Shown piece by piece: positions 55,713 through 64,000 of a DNA stretch of 64,000 bases. The stretch's first letter is position 1, and every line of letters starts with the position of its first letter. The notes below the pieces were generated by a model, which was given only the letters and a program-made list of their open reading frames with translations, made no database searches and was not told the origin of the DNA. Origin of the DNA: a virus; the IMG/VR virus record IMGVR_UViG_3300009103_001660, positions 1 through 64,000 of that record. One strand, written 5' to 3'. Position numbers and translations under genes: made by a program.

Positions 55713-56308
55713 TATTTATTTTTTTTAAAATTCTCTAACATGTAAGAGAGGTAGGGTAGGGGCGTAAACACGGCACTTCTAGCTTGCTTTTTGGACTGAA
55801 TACCAGTACCCGATCTACTTCCATTATACATTCTTCCATACAAATAATTTCCAAGCCCCGAGATTCCAGTTTCTATCTTAAATAGCCAGCTTCCTGGTTC
55901 CCAAGGCATTGGGGCAACCTTTTCTAAATCCTTATTACTTGGCATCGTTCCCCTAAATGTAAAGGCCATCCTTCCGTTCCCCCACATTTTTACTACTGGT
56001 GTTTTGTATAGATGTATGCTCGAAGTCAAAGCTTCCCGCACAGCTCCAATCGGATCTCCCCCAGGAAAACCTATAAAGCTATACAAATTTCCGTAGCCGC
56101 CGAGCGTGCCAGATGTGTTGCTCGCATCTGCGCCAGCCTCTATCTCTCTAGTAACGGGGTGATTATTAAATTCTTTTAGTAAGTCAGATTTTTTTTTATT
56201 AAAAACCTCCCTAGCTTTTTGATATGCGATTTCTTTGGCTTTAGATTTTGTCATAGCCCTCGAAATCGTTGTTCTTAACACCGCTCTATTTATTGATCCT
56301 CTAGCCAT
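55712..56308 (-). CDS. Probable neck/tail completion protein
   Basis: Basic 198-aa protein in the head-tail joining position; call by synteny. Confidence 0.4.
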   Translation of the reverse strand: MARGSINRAVLRTTISRAMTKSKAKEIAYQKAREVFNKKKSDLLKEFNNHPVTREIEAGADASNTSGTLGGYGNLYSFIGFPGGDPIGAVREALTSSIHLYKTPVVKMWGNGRMAFTFRGTMPSNKDLEKVAPMPWEPGSWLFKIETGISGLGNYLYGRMYNGSRSGTGIQSKKQARSAVFTPLPYLSYMLENFKKNK

Positions 56309-56751
56309 TATACTATTTCTTCTAATATGAACACGTAAATTTTTAAACCAAAATAATCTCTTACAGCATCTGTACTTACTAAATTAAATCTCTTACCGTC
56401 AAATTCGAAGCTTTCAGTTTTTCCATTAACTATATAGTCTCTTGCATCCTGTTTAACTTTTATCGTTACTTGCCCCTCTGGGACCTGAACGCCAATATCA
56501 TCGGCCACACTCTTTTCCTGCTTAAGACCATATCTAACCAAAGCATCAAAAGCTTTATTGACTGGAACAAGTTTATAGTTTGATGTATTCGACCCCTCGT
56601 TATATCCTGGAAGAGTACTTTCAGAGTTTTTTGAAACTACCTGTCTTATCGGTTCTTTATGTATCGTTATCGTCTTTTTAAAAGTATCAAAAATATTCAA
56701 AAAAGAAGATTGAAAGTTAGCCTTATCTGCTGCTGATAAAAGTTCACTCAT
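56308..56751 (-). CDS. Probable head-closure (stopper) protein
   Basis: 147 aa, beta-rich C-half (FEFDGKRFNL); call by synteny. Confidence 0.4.
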   Translation of the reverse strand: MSELLSAADKANFQSSFLNIFDTFKKTITIHKEPIRQVVSKNSESTLPGYNEGSNTSNYKLVPVNKAFDALVRYGLKQEKSVADDIGVQVPEGQVTIKVKQDARDYIVNGKTESFEFDGKRFNLVSTDAVRDYFGLKIYVFILEEIV

Positions 56752-56758
56752 GTTTTAT

Positions 56759-57280
56759 TTAATATATTATAGTTCCCTTATCTCTGTCATCTGTTCCAGT
56801 GCCAGAATAGTTTCCTTCTACAGTATCATCTCCAGCTACTTGTAATGGGGTAGATCCCCCCATTCTGTAGGCTTGTACGACCTTATTTAATTCTTCTAGT
56901 TCCGCTTTTTTTGCTGCTGAGTAAGTTTGACTTTGTTGAATTTTATTTACTTTTCTAACACGCGTTCCATCCGTTTCGATTTCTACTACAGTGTCGGTTT
57001 CTGCCGCCCCAAGAGACTCCCTAAGTTTCATGTCATAAAAATGTATCAAATACATTTTTTTAAGAACATATTTTTCGTCGTCTCCGAATGTCGGGGTTAT
57101 CTCCCAATCTTCCGCAGACCCCCCTACAATAAACTGTGTTTGCAGCAAGTTGTTCAGCCCACCAATATTAGACCTTACCCAAAAAGCTATAGCAGGGGTG
57201 GCCAATGTCTTTGGACTGCCTATTTCGACATGAATTTCATGGGCTATATCAACAATTTTACATCCTTCACAACTACTCAT
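56759..57280 (-). CDS. Probable head-tail adaptor protein
   Basis: 173 aa, first gene of the neck block, preceded by an AGTGTA motif; call by synteny. Confidence 0.4.
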   Translation of the reverse strand: MSSCEGCKIVDIAHEIHVEIGSPKTLATPAIAFWVRSNIGGLNNLLQTQFIVGGSAEDWEITPTFGDDEKYVLKKMYLIHFYDMKLRESLGAAETDTVVEIETDGTRVRKVNKIQQSQTYSAAKKAELEELNKVVQAYRMGGSTPLQVAGDDTVEGNYSGTGTDDRDKGTIIY

Positions 57281-57295
57281 GCCTATATTTACACT
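57281..57295 (-). promoter_or_regulatory. AGTGTA-type motif upstream of the neck/tail operon
   Basis: AGTGTA-AATATAGGC-ATG(57280); 9-nt spacing after GTGTA. Confidence 0.6.
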
Positions 57296-57337
57296 AAGAA
57301 AGCGGAAAGTAAAATCAAAAAGAATAATAATTAGATT

Positions 57338-58027
57338 TTAATAAACCATGAGGTTTGTCACTGAAATTCTCCAACCATCAGGCGGGGGACTATAAAAGGT
57401 TATCATTGGGGTATAAAACTCTCCACGTCCAGTTTCTGGGATAAAGTAATCGTGTTGAGCGTCAAGCGTTCGCCCTATTCCGCTAGGAAATCCATTCATC
57501 GGGACCTGCGCAGCATTAACTAAAAGATAAAGCTCATTGTACGGGGCCCTATTCCCGACCCAAGACGGATGAAGATGAAATCCAGTAGTCGCCCCATCCC
57601 CAGTAAAGATAAAATTATCCAAATAGGTAATCGCCCCACTCGTCGCATGAGACATGAGTATGTGCTTGTCAGAATATTTAGTTTTGAACTTTAAGCTTCC
57701 TTGCCAATACGTTTCAAATGCACCAGTATAATAAAGCTTATTATTATAATAGTAATGCTCGGTATTTACCCCAGAACCAACAAATTGATCTCTATATGTT
57801 CCGTAGGGCGATGCAGCCCCGCTTCCGTAGTCCAAAAATCCCGTGGCCGTTTGGTGATGCCCAGATAAATATAAATTTGACAAATATAAATTAGATGTTT
57901 TGTCACTAAAAGCTGCGCCAACACCACTTCCAGTTACAGATATAAAATCCCCATAAGGAATGTGAAAGACATCAATCCTGTCGGGCCTGGTTCTTTTTAA
58001 TCTATCTCCGTAATAAGAATTTGGCAT
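57338..58027 (-). CDS. Hypothetical Gly/Tyr-rich structural protein
   Basis: 229 aa; TG/SG-rich; FTGDGATTGF motif typical of virion beta proteins. Confidence 0.6.
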   Translation of the reverse strand: MPNSYYGDRLKRTRPDRIDVFHIPYGDFISVTGSGVGAAFSDKTSNLYLSNLYLSGHHQTATGFLDYGSGAASPYGTYRDQFVGSGVNTEHYYYNNKLYYTGAFETYWQGSLKFKTKYSDKHILMSHATSGAITYLDNFIFTGDGATTGFHLHPSWVGNRAPYNELYLLVNAAQVPMNGFPSGIGRTLDAQHDYFIPETGRGEFYTPMITFYSPPPDGWRISVTNLMVY

Positions 58028-58033
58028 TAATAT

Positions 58034-58062
58034 ATTATATTGTTTTTTGTGTTACTTCTCAA
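58034..58062 (-). promoter_or_regulatory. sigma70-like promoter, leaderless
   Basis: TTGAGA-17 nt-TATAAT, 6 nt before ATG 58027. Confidence 0.65.
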
Positions 58063-58072
58063 GGTCAATTAC

Positions 58073-60001
58073 CTAAAATGCTCCATCATAATTTATAGGG
58101 GGATTTGAATCATATCCCGTCATTTCATTTGACGCTTGTCCGCTTGAGTCAAATGATATTTCATATACTTTTCCAATTACCTTTCCATAGTCTCCGCTTG
58201 AAGCACAAAGATTTTCCCCTGTTTTTTGAATTGTATAAGTTCTATCGCCTACTAAATTTATCACATATTCTCCATCTGTATTTTTTTGCGTTAAGCACCC
58301 AGTAATAAATCCTTCGTAGAATGGTGTATTTGTTTGCCCCAACTTCATATCCAAAATACTTAAATAGTCCCCACTTGGGCTATACCTAACCCCCCCTGGA
58401 TACCAACCAGATTGGGTGTATTCTGGATCACAACCAGTGAAAGGCCACCCGCCTACGAGATTAGTGCAAGAATTATCTGGCTCTATTGGTATCGGACAAC
58501 AGGTCGTTTCTATATCTTTTTGGTTGTTTGTCGTACAGAGCATCTCTGCTTCTGAGTAAAACTTAGAAAAATGAACTGCTGCTATTCCGCCATAAGCTAT
58601 AGTTGATTGGGGTATGGTAAATGAAGAACAACCGTTATCACACTTATTCAAATTCGATTCAGAATCCGTGACGCTATAGCACTGTCCCGTTTTTTGGTTT
58701 TCTATATAAGCGATACATTGTCCAGTGTATAGCCCAGTTCCATAAAATACATACGGAATATTTACTGTTACGCCAGTGCTTGACGAACCAAACGTAACAG
58801 ATACGGAGGCTTTATTCTGAGGGGTTCCCTCACAACACACCGTACCAGGAACACAAAGAAACCCAGCCTCACCAGTATCACACGGGCATTGCCAGACCTC
58901 TACTTTATAACTTCCTACGTTTACATTATTTTCTGTTTCCGAAAAGGCTGAGAACTCATTACTAGTTATTCCGCTTAAGGGAATCATGGCTCCCACTAAC
59001 CCCTGATTAAAATTATATACCCCTCTATATTTTACGCCTTCTGTAACGGGGCATTGTCCATTCAATTCTGGGTGAATTTTTCTTACTTCTATTTTTGTCC
59101 CACTTGAAAAAGTCGGGATAGCGCTTGTTCCATAACCGCCATAAGCCAAGCTGGAAATACGTATAGAATCCCCACCTGGCACAGTAAAAACATTTTCAGA
59201 CGAATATGGCGCATCACTTATTGCTACTTCAATAGAGGGCTGACCACAGTTTTCTATTTCAATCTCAGAATCCACGCCCGTTTGCTCAACAGCACACTTA
59301 CTATACTGATTCCACCATGAATAAAATGTTCTATTCTCATCGAATCCTGTTGCTGTTATAATTTCTGCCCCGCTCGGCATGGGAGCACAACCTGGATGAG
59401 AGTCTTGATTTAAACTTGCGGTCCATTGCCCGCTCATCATGTTATAACCATCTACTTGGGTATTACTATAATATATTACATGGTCAGTGTCTAAACTGTT
59501 ACATCCCTTTTCTACCTTTAAATAAATATCTAAATCTGAGGGACATCCTGCATCTGGATCGTATGGATCCTCCCCACACCCACTCCCCGTGGGAGGGGGC
59601 CAGTCCACAGTAGCCTTAACGTTATAACACCAAGCTCCAGTAGGACATGCTGGTGCATCCGTACATTCCAACTGTTCGGAAACGCTAGATAGCATAATTC
59701 CCGTTGGATAGGGCCACTTAACCCCAGTTATCTCACCTAAGTTACAATAAGTATAATCTCTTTCGCCTATTTTAGATGGGTCCGCACAACACTCTGCAAA
59801 TGAAGAATTATAAAGCCCCTGAATGTAAACTTTATTTTCATCCCAAGAACATCCAGTAGCGTAGTATCTGCTATAGTCTCCAGTAAATTGACACACTGTA
59901 TACGTATAGTCCAAATCACAATTAACATCGTCTTTTTCGGTATACTCCCTAAAGATCATACCGCCCATGTTAGCTGGAAAATAATAAGGGCTTTGTGCCA
60001 T
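58073..60001 (-). CDS. Cys-rich protein with a YfaP/DUF2135-like segment (probable virion protein)
   Basis: 642 aa with many Cys (ECC, VCC, TCC); W...DLDIYL...IYYSN...LNQD...GAEII resembles the DUF2135 signature. Confidence 0.6.
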   Translation of the reverse strand: MAQSPYYFPANMGGMIFREYTEKDDVNCDLDYTYTVCQFTGDYSRYYATGCSWDENKVYIQGLYNSSFAECCADPSKIGERDYTYCNLGEITGVKWPYPTGIMLSSVSEQLECTDAPACPTGAWCYNVKATVDWPPPTGSGCGEDPYDPDAGCPSDLDIYLKVEKGCNSLDTDHVIYYSNTQVDGYNMMSGQWTASLNQDSHPGCAPMPSGAEIITATGFDENRTFYSWWNQYSKCAVEQTGVDSEIEIENCGQPSIEVAISDAPYSSENVFTVPGGDSIRISSLAYGGYGTSAIPTFSSGTKIEVRKIHPELNGQCPVTEGVKYRGVYNFNQGLVGAMIPLSGITSNEFSAFSETENNVNVGSYKVEVWQCPCDTGEAGFLCVPGTVCCEGTPQNKASVSVTFGSSSTGVTVNIPYVFYGTGLYTGQCIAYIENQKTGQCYSVTDSESNLNKCDNGCSSFTIPQSTIAYGGIAAVHFSKFYSEAEMLCTTNNQKDIETTCCPIPIEPDNSCTNLVGGWPFTGCDPEYTQSGWYPGGVRYSPSGDYLSILDMKLGQTNTPFYEGFITGCLTQKNTDGEYVINLVGDRTYTIQKTGENLCASSGDYGKVIGKVYEISFDSSGQASNEMTGYDSNPPINYDGAF

Positions 60002-60004
60002 GGC

Positions 60005-63000
60005 TTATACTGTTATGTTATATGTGTTTGTTCCTTTAGTAATCTTAAATTCTAAACCTTTATATAATGGAGAGTGCATCGTCATATTCCACGGGGCCCA
60101 AAATTTCCAAATATTTTGAATATAAAAGTCATAAGTAGGCATATTAACACTTCCGATTACCTGAGGGTCATACGAGTTGAAAAATCCCTTACCTCTACAG
60201 TCACAATTACACATTCCGTTTGCTCCATAGTACCAAAAATGAGGACCAGAAATACCGTTGCCACAATTCCTCGTATTCCAAGCCACATAGGTACAATTTT
60301 GATTTGCTGGCGCCTGCCCAGTCCATTCATTTTCATATTTTAGAACACCTACTGGGTTATATATATCATTTTGGATCAAAAATGGATACCTCGCCCACTT
60401 GGTCGTTCTATGGTGAAGGTCAAATGTCCATTTAAATTTATAGTGCTGGAAAGCATCCTCTATTACCGCCGCTGCTGGTAAATATCTTTCTCCTTCATAC
60501 ATTTCATGACAGCCTAGTATGGAAGAGGTTGTATTTGGATTCCACCAATCATACCCAGCACAATGCGTTGACGGATTAAGAAATCCCCTATTTCCCGTAC
60601 CTACGCACAAGCAATTTTTACCTGGTATGTAGAAATCCATAACTGCTTGATGATTAGACCAAGACGGCTGTCCAACCCTAAATTTCTTTTCAAAGACTTT
60701 ATTTCCTTGAGCAAATCCTCCGCCCGCTTGAGCTGTCATTTTATACATTTCTAATTTAGCTTTTGCGTAATTGGCACCAGCTTTGCCCGCTCCACATATG
60801 GGCCATGGCGGAGCAAGAAGAGTATGGTTTGTCTCGTGTCTCCAAGTAGTTACGCCGAAAGCTGAACACGACCACGGATAATTTGCGCCCCAAGGTTGAC
60901 TTAATTGCCACCAAGCTGCCCTGCAAGGATGCCAAATTGTTGAGTTAGGCCCGTGGGGGGTGAATGCTGGCTTCATACTTGTTGGCCAACCCTTCCAAAA
61001 GCCATCTCCATGACAAGCTGTCCAGTTATTTACGGTAGTAAGCGCATCTGGAGATTGGATTTTCCAATACCCCTGATGCCTCCATAAATCTTCGTAGAAT
61101 CCTGTTGGATATTTTTCCCCCAAATTCCAAAATGCCCCACCAATGTCTGCATATCCATTTGCCTTATCGTACCCATGATGATGATGATATACTGTGTGGC
61201 CAATACCAGGAACAAATTGAGAACTATATGTCCAACCGTTTTGATCGCCACCATGTGGATACATTCCTACGCAAGCGTCAGCGGCGTATCCTCTTAGATA
61301 GTCGTTATACTCATATGTTTCTTTTATGTCTACTGTCTTTTCATCAATACAAGCTACGTTTGTATTTGCCCCAATGTTTCCACCCCCCTCATTACAATCC
61401 ACGGGTCCACCAATATTCATATTAAAGCCCCTAGAAGGTGGACTGTAGTTGTTGCCGACGGACGGTTGCCAACCTGGTTCGCCGTGATTTGGATTACTAT
61501 TCCAACTCTCGTTAGCTGGAACAGTAGCTTTCCATTCCAGATCTACCTCTACTTTATATATCTTCCTTGGGATAATCCCTGCAAACGTTGCTGTTTTTCC
61601 ACCCAATCTATCATCAAACATTGGAGTTCGTAGTACAAGTTCTGAAATCTGGGGAACGTAGTAGCTCATCCCCCAATATCCATAGCCTAGGGTTGATTGA
61701 TTTAGTATTTTATTCCATCCTACGTAAAATCCATATTGCGAACATTGATCCCACCCTCTGAAATCTGGATACTCATCATGACAATATCTACCAGTATGTG
61801 GCGGCATTACACGCGCCCCGCTGTCAATCATGGGTATCCAAGCCTGCCTAATGCCTGATTCATATACGTAGCAATAATCCTTTCTTGCAAGAATTGTAGG
61901 ATCATATGGCGCACTAGAAGCGGGGGATGGGATACCATATGCTCCCCCCCTCTTTTGCACTGACCCATGAAATTCACATATTAAATTTCTTGCTGGCTTC
62001 ACAAAACCTGGCAGTCTTTCTTGCGCGGGCCACCACCAATCTCTTACGTAAACCTTGGCTGTTCCAGTTCCAATTAAATTTGGAAACTTATAATCGACAA
62101 CCAAATATGCTCTTTTGGTATCTACTTCACAGTCTGGGCAGTTTCCAGTAAAGCCGTGCTTCCATCTACACCCCTCTGATGAGGGTATGTGCGGACTGGG
62201 ATGTTGAGACCCAGTGCAAACCCCAGTAATAAAATCTATTAGAAAATCATTAAATCCAGACGTCGTTACAGGTTGAAGGTGATCTGGGTGCGGATCATAC
62301 GCAAATTTATATGCAAGTCCAGAGCCAACTCCATATGGCCACGATGGATTGCCGAACCCCGCATCATAAACTGGGGGGGGATTTTGTCCGCTGGGTCCTG
62401 GAATTGCTAATTGGTAATACGTTTGATTAGTTCCATTATGGGGTCTTGGAGATTGAGTGTTCGGCCATGCTGTAGTATCATTACTCCACGGCCAAGAGTA
62501 GCCGTTTCTTACGTAAGACTCATGCCAATCTTGCAACCGCTCCCACGTGTGACTAAATCCAGTAAATGCTCTGGAAAGATACGAATAAGTTCCGTCAAAC
62601 CGTTGATTCGCCATAGCGTTCCCAACCGTAACGATAGTATTCCCAGTAATACCTATACCCCCATTTGGTATGGAATTCATTAGATTCCACCAAGCGCCAG
62701 CATAAGAGGATCTCGCATGGAAAAATGAATCCCAACCATCTTTAATGGCAATAAAATAATTATCGTTAGTTTGACCAATGTTGGGCCTAGGATGATAAAA
62801 CTCGTAGTTATGCTGGCCACCAACCTGAGGGAAAAGGTATTCGTGACCAGTTAGGCATGCCCCTAAGCGATTAGGAAAGTACCATCCCGCATGCCAGAAA
62901 TTTGTCCCATCTATACCAGTGGGAAAATAAAAAGTGTTCCCAAGTCCACAATCAAAAGTCGTTAACAGGGGCCTAGTCTCTGACGCTTCGTGAGGCGTCC

Positions 63001-64000
63001 ATTGCCACAGGGATTCCCCCGCCGTATTCACATCTTTTGATCCTGTCCATGCATTTTTATAATGTTGCATAGAATACCACAGTAATCCGCCAACTGCATC
63101 AACTTGTACCCCGCTATATGGCTCGCATAACACCCCAGAGGTTTGAGCACACAAACCGCTCGCTGCAAAATCTTCATGACCATACCATGAATCTCCAGAT
63201 GCCGCAGTCGTCAAAAGCCCAGTATTCCAATGCACAGCGAAATCAACTCTTTGATGGGTAGTAAATTGACTTCCTGCTTTGGCCATCAGCTTATTATTGT
63301 AAGCAGAAGAGTGACTGCTTTTTATCCCCCACCTAGGTTCTTCATACCGCCACCACCACCAACCTCTGTACGTAGTTCGGTTCCGCCCAGTATCAAAAAA
63401 TCCCCCTGGCGAATTAAATTGACTACCATTAAAAGACCCATATGCTCCCCAGAGATACCAACCATACCACCAATAACCCGACCAATAAGCATATCTCCAA
63501 GTGTGCCAATTGTACCAAGGATAACCTCCCCAATGCCAATGAGTATTCCCCCAGTAAAAAGGTGTCCAGTAGTATCCATACCACCAATCCCAGTAACCAG
63601 CCATCCACTCCCAACGGGTCCAATTAGGTCTTCTATGTTCAGTAACTAACTCGTTTTCTGAAATAGATACGGAAACAGCGTAACCCATATCAACCTCAAG
63701 TGATCCCTCGCTAGGCGAGCCAGCCAACATGCCGTCGCGCGTTAACGCATGGGCAGCACCACCCATTCCGTTGATATAATTCTTACCCCCGTACATGTGA
63801 GTAAATCGATGATTATTTGGAAAATTAATTCCGTTAAGTTGAGTTGAAATTCCATATCCAGTTACTGGTGACGTGTTGCCGCCGCGATCATATACGTTAT
63901 AGTGTTCAACCCATACAGCCGTAAGCGTATTATCACAATCGTTGCTAAGGGAGTTTCTAGTAAATCCTTTACGCCTTCTATCATAGCACGGGGCGTGGCC
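60005..64000 (-). CDS. Very large Trp/Cys/Gly/Tyr-rich protein (5'-partial, >1331 aa)
   Basis: The ORF track starts at 63796, but the frame stays open for a further 68 codons to the window edge, so the true start lies outside the window. Confidence 0.85.
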   Translation of the reverse strand, partial: GHAPCYDRRRKGFTRNSLSNDCDNTLTAVWVEHYNVYDRGGNTSPVTGYGISTQLNGINFPNNHRFTHMYGGKNYINGMGGAAHALTRDGMLAGSPSEGSLEVDMGYAVSVSISENELVTEHRRPNWTRWEWMAGYWDWWYGYYWTPFYWGNTHWHWGGYPWYNWHTWRYAYWSGYWWYGWYLWGAYGSFNGSQFNSPGGFFDTGRNRTTYRGWWWWRYEEPRWGIKSSHSSAYNNKLMAKAGSQFTTHQRVDFAVHWNTGLLTTAASGDSWYGHEDFAASGLCAQTSGVLCEPYSGVQVDAVGGLLWYSMQHYKNAWTGSKDVNTAGESLWQWTPHEASETRPLLTTFDCGLGNTFYFPTGIDGTNFWHAGWYFPNRLGACLTGHEYLFPQVGGQHNYEFYHPRPNIGQTNDNYFIAIKDGWDSFFHARSSYAGAWWNLMNSIPNGGIGITGNTIVTVGNAMANQRFDGTYSYLSRAFTGFSHTWERLQDWHESYVRNGYSWPWSNDTTAWPNTQSPRPHNGTNQTYYQLAIPGPSGQNPPPVYDAGFGNPSWPYGVGSGLAYKFAYDPHPDHLQPVTTSGFNDFLIDFITGVCTGSQHPSPHIPSSEGCRWKHGFTGNCPDCEVDTKRAYLVVDYKFPNLIGTGTAKVYVRDWWWPAQERLPGFVKPARNLICEFHGSVQKRGGAYGIPSPASSAPYDPTILARKDYCYVYESGIRQAWIPMIDSGARVMPPHTGRYCHDEYPDFRGWDQCSQYGFYVGWNKILNQSTLGYGYWGMSYYVPQISELVLRTPMFDDRLGGKTATFAGIIPRKIYKVEVDLEWKATVPANESWNSNPNHGEPGWQPSVGNNYSPPSRGFNMNIGGPVDCNEGGGNIGANTNVACIDEKTVDIKETYEYNDYLRGYAADACVGMYPHGGDQNGWTYSSQFVPGIGHTVYHHHHGYDKANGYADIGGAFWNLGEKYPTGFYEDLWRHQGYWKIQSPDALTTVNNWTACHGDGFWKGWPTSMKPAFTPHGPNSTIWHPCRAAWWQLSQPWGANYPWSCSAFGVTTWRHETNHTLLAPPWPICGAGKAGANYAKAKLEMYKMTAQAGGGFAQGNKVFEKKFRVGQPSWSNHQAVMDFYIPGKNCLCVGTGNRGFLNPSTHCAGYDWWNPNTTSSILGCHEMYEGERYLPAAAVIEDAFQHYKFKWTFDLHHRTTKWARYPFLIQNDIYNPVGVLKYENEWTGQAPANQNCTYVAWNTRNCGNGISGPHFWYYGANGMCNCDCRGKGFFNSYDPQVIGSVNMPTYDFYIQNIWKFWAPWNMTMHSPLYKGLEFKITKGTNTYNITV

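Noticed and set aside
1-64000. Giant eukaryotic virus or bacterial chromosome as the source; stop-codon reassignment; CRISPR array
   Set aside because: A lambda-like tail tip, tape measure, sigma factor and sigma70 promoters indicate a bacteriophage, and no housekeeping genes are present. Long ORFs are intact under the standard code with all three stops used. No repeat-spacer array was seen; the only tandem repeats are coding.

Overview
This 64-kb window (no rRNA, tRNA or CRISPR seen; standard genetic code) is best explained as part of a large tailed dsDNA bacteriophage genome with a siphovirus-type, non-contractile tail. Left to right: (i) 1-1927, a minus-strand gene missing from the ORF track that encodes a Cys/Gly/Pro-rich protein running into a >=134-residue poly-serine tract; (ii) 1.9-9.0 kb, a DUF559-type nuclease, RecA/UvsX, ClpP, a HAD phosphatase and three amino-acid-catabolism-like enzymes (lysine-6/saccharopine dehydrogenase family, aldehyde dehydrogenase, VOC metalloenzyme); (iii) 9.0-18.1 kb, a glycan cluster (Gmd, RmlD-like reductase, NDP-sugar C-methyltransferase, UDP-GlcNAc 4,6-dehydratase, five GT-A-like glycosyltransferases, a second methyltransferase), with GT4 and GT9 enzymes further right; (iv) 18.2-30.1 kb, nucleotide metabolism and regulation (class Ia NrdA/NrdB split by an ABC-ATPase-GNAT fusion, dNMP kinase, dCMP deaminase, sigma factor, a hairpin-rich 460-nt non-coding region); (v) 30.1-57.3 kb, tail morphogenesis (lambda-like M-L-K-I-J tip block on +, convergent with a 3372-aa tape measure, chaperone-like genes, tail tube and neck genes on -); (vi) 57.3-64 kb, large Cys/Trp-rich probable virion proteins. 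Two promoter classes are visible: sigma70-like promoters that often give leaderless mRNAs, and a recurring (A)GTGTA-AT-rich motif before structural genes. The most notable hypothesis is a phage-encoded glycosylation system making a C-methyl-branched deoxysugar, with a mucin-like poly-Ser protein as a candidate acceptor. All product calls rest on motif recognition by eye; no database searches were run.
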